IMG/VR virus record: IMGVR_UViG_3300036715_003254
Coordinates: 64,001-128,000 of that record
Origin: a virus
DNA: 64,000 bases
Reading direction: 5' to 3' (one strand)
In this document: positions 57,750-64,000 of the stretch, piece after piece
Numbering within the stretch: position 1 is the first letter of the stretch
How the letters are laid out: each line of letters opens with the position of its first letter
Notes under the pieces: model-generated
Databases searched by the model: none
What the model saw: the letters and a program-made list of their open reading frames with translations, nothing else
What the model was told of the DNA's origin: nothing
Translations under genes and position numbers: made by a program

Positions 57750-58889
57750 TCAAAAATCTTCTAAACTTTCTACTTTTTCTAATTTCCAATTCAAAGGCTT
57801 CGCAAGAATTTCTATATTTGGAAGAAAACTTTGTACCCAATTCTTTTCATAGTCTATTATATTCGGCGGCAAATAATCAAAAATTCTCTCGTCGAGAAAG
57901 CCCATAACTGGATAGCCTAGTTTGTTCGGCTCTTTCAAATAAAGGAAATGAAGTCTATCCTCTAATGTTATTTTTCTAAATTCTTTTAAAAGGTTATTTT
58001 TCTCTATATACTCATTGTGTGACATCGCTGCTCTTGAGTTTATAGGTATAGGAAGCTTAGCACCATTTTTATTTGTTCTTTCGGAATATCCTGTTGCTAG
58101 GTCATAGTCAAAACTGTTTACACCTAGAATTTTAGAAATTTCTTTAGGAGACGCTTTCATAAACTCTTTTTTAATTCCTTTTAACCAATCTAGTAATTGG
58201 TCGTTATTTCCATAAAGGAATATGTCAAGAGATTTAACAACCTCTTTTCTGACAAATAATGGTGTAGAGGATTTTACTAGTGTAATTCCCTTCATTACTC
58301 TTTCAGGTTTTGCGTATCTAACACCTTCATTATCGAGAACATCACATATATAGGTTTTCTTACCCATAATTAAGAAAACAGAACAAATCTTTTCTCTCTC
58401 GCAAACCAACACTTCAGGCTTTTGAATATTAAATCTACTAGAAAACTCTTTTATTGAGTCATCAATTATAGGTTGGATTTTTACTTTTACAAATTTGTCT
58501 AGGAATGTTGCTATTTCGTCGTCAGTTTTTTCACCGACTTTTTCGATCCAAGAATCGACTATTGGTTCGAGAGTAAACATAGCCGAGTCTGTATCACCAT
58601 AAACTAAAAACTCTTTATTCTTATAAGTTGGACTTAGAGCTTTAAGTTTTTTATTAACTTCACTAGACATAAATCTGTTAAGGTATCTACCATTAGAAGT
58701 TATCGACGCTGCTATTTCATTATCAAACAAAACGAAATATTCATTAGCGAAAGCTCCATAACCGGAGTTAAGTGAAATTTTCAAGGCTTGCTCAATTAAG
58801 TAATATCTCTCATATTCGGTTTTACAATATTCTTTAAGCTTTTCTAATTCTTCTAGACTCAATGAGGATAGATCTTCAGGTATTTCCAT
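57750..58889 (-). CDS. gp43: DNA polymerase B, C-terminal subunit (gp43B)
   Basis: Q.LKISLNSGYG, YGDTDS, KK.Y, KG..LVKSSTP. Confidence 0.92.
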   Translation of the reverse strand: MEIPEDLSSLSLEELEKLKEYCKTEYERYYLIEQALKISLNSGYGAFANEYFVLFDNEIAASITSNGRYLNRFMSSEVNKKLKALSPTYKNKEFLVYGDTDSAMFTLEPIVDSWIEKVGEKTDDEIATFLDKFVKVKIQPIIDDSIKEFSSRFNIQKPEVLVCEREKICSVFLIMGKKTYICDVLDNEGVRYAKPERVMKGITLVKSSTPLFVRKEVVKSLDIFLYGNNDQLLDWLKGIKKEFMKASPKEISKILGVNSFDYDLATGYSERTNKNGAKLPIPINSRAAMSHNEYIEKNNLLKEFRKITLEDRLHFLYLKEPNKLGYPVMGFLDERIFDYLPPNIIDYEKNWVQSFLPNIEILAKPLNWKLEKVESLEDF

Positions 58890-59011
58890 AGAAAGCCTTT
58901 TTATTTTTATTATACTGAATTTAGGTTTAAAATTTGGGAGGAATAAATAAGAAGTATCGTTCGCGAGATGGCAGTCTCCAACGACTCTATGATAAAAGGA
59001 GTATCACAGCA

Positions 59012-59731
59012 ATGAACTATTTATTACACTACAACAAATTAATCGAAAGAGCTAAAACAAGAAAGCTCGAAACCTACAAAGAAAAACACCATATTATCCC
59101 TAGATGTATCGGCGGAACTGACGCAAAAGAAAATCTAGTTGAACTGACGGCAAGAGAACATTTTGTCGCACATCAGCTTCTTATAAAAATTTATCCAGAA
59201 GAAGCTTCTCTTGTATATGCAGCAAGAATGATATGTGTTGACAGATACGGAAATAGAGTTTCGAATAGGCTCTACTCTTGGTTAAAAGAAAAATATTCTG
59301 AAAAGGTATCGGAACAACACAAAGGAAATAGCTATACAAAAGGGAGAAAACTTTCAAAAGAACACTGTGAAAAACTTTCCATCATAGCCAAAGAAAGATT
59401 GTCTGTAAAGGAAAATCATCCTATGTTCGGTAAAAAACATAGTGAAGAAACTAAAGAAAAGATTAGACAAAAACATTTAGGCGTCGGTATTGGAAGAAAA
59501 CATACAGAAGAGACCAAACAAAAAATAAGAGATTCTCTAGGCGATATATCTGGCGAAAATCATCCTTGTTTCGGTAAAAAACATAGCGATGAAACTAAGA
59601 AAAAGATTGGTCAACAAATTTCAGGTAGAAAATATATGAATAACGGTATTGAGACAAAAGCAGTCAAACCAGAAGACATCGAAACATATCTACAAAATGG
59701 CTTTAGTTTTGGTGTATTGAGAAAGAACTAA
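59012..59731 (+). CDS. HNH homing endonuclease with NUMOD3 repeats (start revised to 59012)
   Basis: EKHHIIPRCIGGTD..ENLV.LTAREHFVAH; GKKHSEETK.KI repeats; AAGGAG RBS; AATAAATA at 58942. Confidence 0.9.
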   Translation: MNYLLHYNKLIERAKTRKLETYKEKHHIIPRCIGGTDAKENLVELTAREHFVAHQLLIKIYPEEASLVYAARMICVDRYGNRVSNRLYSWLKEKYSEKVSEQHKGNSYTKGRKLSKEHCEKLSIIAKERLSVKENHPMFGKKHSEETKEKIRQKHLGVGIGRKHTEETKQKIRDSLGDISGENHPCFGKKHSDETKKKIGQQISGRKYMNNGIETKAVKPEDIETYLQNGFSFGVLRKN

Positions 59732-61290
59732 GTAGTTCTTCTCTCAATTTCTTTCCTCAATCTCTCATACTCTCTTTTGAAGTTTTGACTCTTTTTCTTT
59801 TCATTTTTTCTTTTATGATACATATTTTCCATCAATTCAGAAAGAAGACCTTGTTTTTCATTACTGAAAGGAATACCAAGAGTACTGAAAGAGATGTTTT
59901 CGGCTAGACATATTTTTTTGATATAAGCTAGAACATCTTCTGGTATAGATAAAACTTGTTCTTCATCTTCTGAAAAGTATTGTCTTATGATTTTTTGTAT
60001 ATCAGGATATTTCTTACTTAATTCTACTAAAGGAACTTTTACATCAGGAGATAGGTTTGCTGAAACAATAGTATTTGGATAAAGCGAGTTCCAGTCAATC
60101 GTCGCAACCCAACGATATTTTCCTGGTACAGGATTCATTACCCAGCCACCTTTAATAGATCCAAAAGAATCATTAACAGAATCATTAGGTAATACAAGAC
60201 CTCTTTGTAAAGCCTTATTGTAAACATACATTCCCCAAGGTCTAACTGTTCCTAGAGCGTCGTCAAGAGTAATACCCATCATATCTGCGATAGTTTTTTG
60301 TATAGCGATAATAGATTTTTTCGCTTCTATGTCAACTATCAACTGTACATCTTTAATACCATACTCTACAAACTTTGTAAAGTCTCTGTAGTAAAGGTCT
60401 GTCAGGTTTTCGAATTCGTCATATTCTACCTTCGAGTCTCCTAGTTCTACCCTCGCTATATTGTTAAGCGAATAGCTGTCTCTTGGAACAAGAACAAACT
60501 TTTTATAGGTATCCAACATATCAACTATTACAAAACCAGAAATATCACATTCAAAAGCTGTTTGACCTTGATACTCTTTCATAGTTAGTTTATAAGTTCC
60601 AAACTCTGACAGATTTCCAGGATCCATACCTAGCTTTTTAAAACGATTAATGATATAAGGGATGTCGAAACCTTTTATATTCCAACCAGCTATAATTAAC
60701 GGATTTAGAATTCTGATTGTTTTGGCAAAACCCAAAAGCATATTTTCTTCGCTTGAAAACTTTTTGAATTTTACTTCTTCTTTAAATTTACTTTGAATGT
60801 ATTCTTTATCTAGATTAGCGTCCGAAGTATAGAAACAAAAATATTTTTTCTCGAACGAATCATAAAACTGAAATAGAGAAATAGGAAATTCCGCTTTCTC
60901 TGGATAAGGAAACCCAGCATCAGAAGTAACTTCTATATCTAGGAATAAAATTTTCGGCGTAGAGTATTCTGCTTTTTCAAAAAAGTTTTCAAATATGTAC
61001 GAATACATACCGTTTCTTTTTCCATAGGTTTTAAAATTTGAAAGTCCGCCATAATTCTTTTCAAATTCTTGAAACTCTTTATTATTTTTGAATGTTAGTT
61101 TCTTTAGATTGATTGATTTGTTAAGAAAATATTTGTATCCAGTTTCTTCTTTAGATTCAACAAATAATTCATAAGGAATGTTTACTTCTTCGAAATGGGA
61201 GTTATTCAAATTATCTTGATAGCGAAGTATGGTCTTATAGCCGGATTTGAAAATATGTTCAAACTTTCTTTTCAAAACAATCCTTTTCAA
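59728..61290 (-). CDS. gp43: DNA polymerase B, N-terminal subunit (gp43A)
   Basis: LDIEV, GWN..GFD.PY, SYSL, Y..KDV, DWNSLYP. Confidence 0.92.
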   Translation of the reverse strand: MKRIVLKRKFEHIFKSGYKTILRYQDNLNNSHFEEVNIPYELFVESKEETGYKYFLNKSINLKKLTFKNNKEFQEFEKNYGGLSNFKTYGKRNGMYSYIFENFFEKAEYSTPKILFLDIEVTSDAGFPYPEKAEFPISLFQFYDSFEKKYFCFYTSDANLDKEYIQSKFKEEVKFKKFSSEENMLLGFAKTIRILNPLIIAGWNIKGFDIPYIINRFKKLGMDPGNLSEFGTYKLTMKEYQGQTAFECDISGFVIVDMLDTYKKFVLVPRDSYSLNNIARVELGDSKVEYDEFENLTDLYYRDFTKFVEYGIKDVQLIVDIEAKKSIIAIQKTIADMMGITLDDALGTVRPWGMYVYNKALQRGLVLPNDSVNDSFGSIKGGWVMNPVPGKYRWVATIDWNSLYPNTIVSANLSPDVKVPLVELSKKYPDIQKIIRQYFSEDEEQVLSIPEDVLAYIKKICLAENISFSTLGIPFSNEKQGLLSELMENMYHKRKNEKKKSQNFKREYERLRKEIERRTT

Positions 61291-61320
61291 AGTTTTGAAA
61301 GAATTATATCGTAAGAAAGT

Positions 61321-61905
61321 TTAAAAAGAAGGTATAGATTGAGTTACCTTAATACTTGTAGGTTTTATTTTTTTCATAAACACATCTGCCGCTCTTTTTA
61401 ATCTAGGTGAATGAGAGAATGCTGTTCTGAAAAAATTATCAAAGGTAGCTTTAAAAAACTCTATAGAGTCAATATATGTGACAATCTCAAAAGCTGAATC
61501 AAACTTAATTTTCACAGAGTCTTTGTCTTCTGATACAACAGTTCCTTTAAGTTTTAATTGTTCAAGACTTTTGAATACAATCATAACGCCTACTTCTGGA
61601 CCAGCTTTTACTTCTCCTGTTTTCTTAGCTTGATCCATTTCACTATTATGTTGTACTTTTATACCGTTCTTAATAAAAAGAATTGGTTCATTTACAGGTA
61701 GAGAGTTGTAAATGACCATCGCACAGAAAGAGGGAAGCGTAAGAATAGTAGCAACCTTTCCTGTGTCATTAAATTCAGGCTCTTTCTTCGGCTCAGCCTT
61801 TGGTTCTACTTTAGGTTCTTCCGCTTTAGGAGCAATAACTGCCTTAGCTATATCATAGAATTTCTTTAGCTTAATTCCAGTTGCTATTGCTCCAGTTACA
61901 TTCAT
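61321..61905 (-). CDS. Hypothetical protein
   Basis: 194 aa, AAGGA RBS. Confidence 0.6.
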   Translation of the reverse strand: MNVTGAIATGIKLKKFYDIAKAVIAPKAEEPKVEPKAEPKKEPEFNDTGKVATILTLPSFCAMVIYNSLPVNEPILFIKNGIKVQHNSEMDQAKKTGEVKAGPEVGVMIVFKSLEQLKLKGTVVSEDKDSVKIKFDSAFEIVTYIDSIEFFKATFDNFFRTAFSHSPRLKRAADVFMKKIKPTSIKVTQSIPSF

Positions 61906-62903
61906 ATTACTTTAATTCCTTTTGGTAGAATAACACAGTTTGTTTTTCTATTTTTTTCTATAAGTTTTTCAAAATCTACTTTTTCAAATGTACATTCAAA
62001 CGGTCTTACAAAAATTGTATTACCTATATGTACATATATAGCAGTAGTATATATATCAATCATATCTTTATCTTTTTTAAGGTCAGGATTTTTTCCTTTT
62101 AGCCTTACAGGACAATAGAACGGATCTTTATCGGCTTTTTGTAAGCTTGAAAGAACTTCTATAAGGTCAAATGGATGAGTTACCTTTGGAAGAGCTTCTA
62201 TTGTGTGTTCTCTTCTTTTGACTGATGAAATATAGCCTCTACCGTCTTCTTCAGTATAACCTGCGTCACCTAGCAAAACGCCGTTATTTGTTCTTACAAA
62301 CCAAGCGTCTTCTTCTGGTTCAAAAACCTTAACATCATAGTCTTCAGGTTTAATTAGTCTAGTAACGACTTTTTTAACATCTTCTGCATCTTCTATTTCA
62401 TTATAGTTGTCACCATAATATTTGTCTATTACTTCTTGAGAGTATTTTTCTCTTGTTTCTGGTGGAAGGAATATTTCAACTATTTTTAAGTTTTTCTCGT
62501 CTGCCACTAGAGTACAACCTTCAAATCTACAGTCAACAAGGTATTGTACAGCTTCATCTACAGTTTTTCTTTTTAGAGCTTGTCTGATAATAACACCGTT
62601 TCTTGATACATTTTGAGGTTCGTCTTTTGCTTTTTTAGTTCCTTCTTTCTTATCATCGTGATTTTGAAGAGCTGATGATACTATAGAAATACCGAAAGAA
62701 TTGAGACCTTCAGACCAGTCAGTATCAGAGTCTACAACGAATAGAGCTTCTCCTTCATCAGGAGTACCAACATTAAATCTTCTTCTTTTTATAACCATAT
62801 GAGAGTCATATGCTCTGTCTCTAATTTTAGCTAGATATACTTTTGAATCTTTTGTTCTTTTTCCATCTTTATTTGGCCAAAAATATCCAATAGTAACGCA
62901 CAA
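61902..62903 (-). CDS. Putative Ntn hydrolase (N-terminal Cys)
   Basis: MCVTIG...K.RDR...WSEGLN..GI...RTN. Confidence 0.65.
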   Translation of the reverse strand: MCVTIGYFWPNKDGKRTKDSKVYLAKIRDRAYDSHMVIKRRRFNVGTPDEGEALFVVDSDTDWSEGLNSFGISIVSSALQNHDDKKEGTKKAKDEPQNVSRNGVIIRQALKRKTVDEAVQYLVDCRFEGCTLVADEKNLKIVEIFLPPETREKYSQEVIDKYYGDNYNEIEDAEDVKKVVTRLIKPEDYDVKVFEPEEDAWFVRTNNGVLLGDAGYTEEDGRGYISSVKRREHTIEALPKVTHPFDLIEVLSSLQKADKDPFYCPVRLKGKNPDLKKDKDMIDIYTTAIYVHIGNTIFVRPFECTFEKVDFEKLIEKNRKTNCVILPKGIKVI

Positions 62904-62949
62904 AATACACCATCCTCGAGAGTTTGCGAAGCTCTCTTTTTTCCTCTAT

Positions 62950-63198
62950 TTATTGTTTTGTTTGGTTGTTATCTAGCTTTCGACATACATCAAGAGCTTG
63001 TTCCAATTTTTTAGAGTATTCAACTACATTAATGAAAGTCTCTGTATTATTTTCACCCATTTCCGGTTTTGAAGGTTGAGGCGCTTGACAAGCAACAGGA
63101 ACATCTACATATACTATATTATCTTTGTAAGTCGGACAAGTTGTTTTACAAGCACAACCTAAAAAAAGAAGCGGTGCTAAGAAAAGTAAATATCTCAT
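62950..63198 (-). CDS. Outer-membrane spanin-like lipoprotein
   Basis: Lipobox FLGC, VDVPVAC..P.P..P, LEQAL..C. Confidence 0.7.
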   Translation of the reverse strand: MRYLLFLAPLLFLGCACKTTCPTYKDNIVYVDVPVACQAPQPSKPEMGENNTETFINVVEYSKKLEQALDVCRKLDNNQTKQ

Positions 63199-63593
63199 TT
63201 GAAAAATCCTTCTTTTTTCAGATTTTGAATATAGTCGTTAAGAACAGTATTATTACAGTCTTTTCCACTTGTTCTTGCTTTAGCTTTCCAATCAGCAGAC
63301 TCTTTTGATATTCTTTCAACTTGAGTAGAATAAGTCATAAGATTTTTTTGATTATCGATTCTTATTTTTTCAATAGCGTCGTTTGATGTTTTCAAAGCTT
63401 GCTTGAGATAAAACTCGTTTGTTTGAGAAACATTAAGATCGGTTTCTAGCTTTCCAATAGTTTGTTCATACGCTTTACAATTTTCTTGAAGAGAGCGTAT
63501 TCTAAAATGTTGAAAGCCAATAGCAATCAACAGAAGACCAACTAAAACAAAACCTTTATTTTCTGAAAAAAATTCTGATATCAAACTAAACAT
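63195..63593 (-). CDS. Inner-membrane spanin-like protein
   Basis: N-terminal TM, coiled coil, C-terminal Cys; overlaps the lipoprotein gene. Confidence 0.7.
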   Translation of the reverse strand: MFSLISEFFSENKGFVLVGLLLIAIGFQHFRIRSLQENCKAYEQTIGKLETDLNVSQTNEFYLKQALKTSNDAIEKIRIDNQKNLMTYSTQVERISKESADWKAKARTSGKDCNNTVLNDYIQNLKKEGFFK

Positions 63594-63840
63594 TTAAAAG
63601 TTCCTTTAGCACTATTAGTTTTTGCTGTTTCTCATCACAAATTGATGATATTCCTCTATTTTGTAGTCTTTTTATTTTATGATTAGAAAAGGATTCTGTG
63701 TTAGTAAAAAATTCTACAATTAAACTTTCTGAAACAGGCGTGAGAGCTACTTCCTTTCCTGTTTCATCAAATGCCTTATATCTTTGAGCCTCTAGAAGAA
63801 AATCCGATACAGAAATTGACGGACAATTACCGCTCATCAT
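63586..63840 (-). CDS. Hypothetical protein
   Basis: 84 aa, GGAG RBS. Confidence 0.5.
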   Translation of the reverse strand: MMSGNCPSISVSDFLLEAQRYKAFDETGKEVALTPVSESLIVEFFTNTESFSNHKIKRLQNRGISSICDEKQQKLIVLKELLNV

Positions 63841-63871
63841 TGATAAATACTCTCCAATTTTTGGAATTGAG

Positions 63872-64000
63872 TTATTTATTTCCTAGAATTCCTTTCAGCT
63901 CTTCAAACATTCCCCAGACTTGTTTAGGTGTCATAGACTTAAATGCTTCAAAGTCATTATCTCTTATAGCTTGTACAACTTTTGTAGCCGAAATATCGTC
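63872..64000 (-). CDS. Partial CDS (C-terminus), possibly cytidyltransferase-like
   Basis: DISATKVVQAIRDNDFEAFKSMTPKQVWGMFEELK. Confidence 0.5.
   Translation of the reverse strand, partial: DDISATKVVQAIRDNDFEAFKSMTPKQVWGMFEELKGILGNK

Noticed and set aside
58890-59727. Intron or intein in the DNA polymerase
   Set aside because: No P/Q/R/S elements or intein motifs; the gap holds only an antisense HNH gene and promoters.
61465-61476. 12-nt match to the tnpB-1 guide
   Set aside because: Mismatched at the first guide positions with no TTAT adjacent; plausible by chance in AT-rich DNA.

Overview
This is a 64 kb AT-rich segment of a large T4-like myophage. The host is probably in Campylobacterota: RBSs are AAGGA(G), early promoters read TTAAG-periodic...TATAAT, and the ThyX, dimeric dUTPase and Cas4-like genes fit that group. 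Late genes carry an AATAAATA/TATAAATA promoter. The left third is structural: tail tube, neck, a fibre cluster with a 3545-aa NHL/Kelch multi-propeller inserted into a small virion protein, a tail sheath split by a 1.77 kb group I intron with an HNH gene, and two capsid-fold paralogs. The rest covers replication and nucleotide metabolism: UL9-like helicase, primase, RNase H, gp32, gp45, UvsW/Y, topoisomerase II, a split DNA polymerase, ThyX, kinases, a broken dUTPase, four Hsp20 genes and spanins. The most striking system is two TnpB genes with the catalytic residues intact plus two stand-alone omega-RNA cassettes and no transposase in the window. Three of the four guides read into one expanded ~100-aa phage gene family (8 intact copies and 1 disrupted). 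The inferred TAM is (T)TTAT, and no intact copy I aligned keeps both a perfect TAM and a perfect seed. Also found: an ACG-start pilin-like gene missed by the ORF track and several structured 5' leaders. All calls are by eye; no searches were run.
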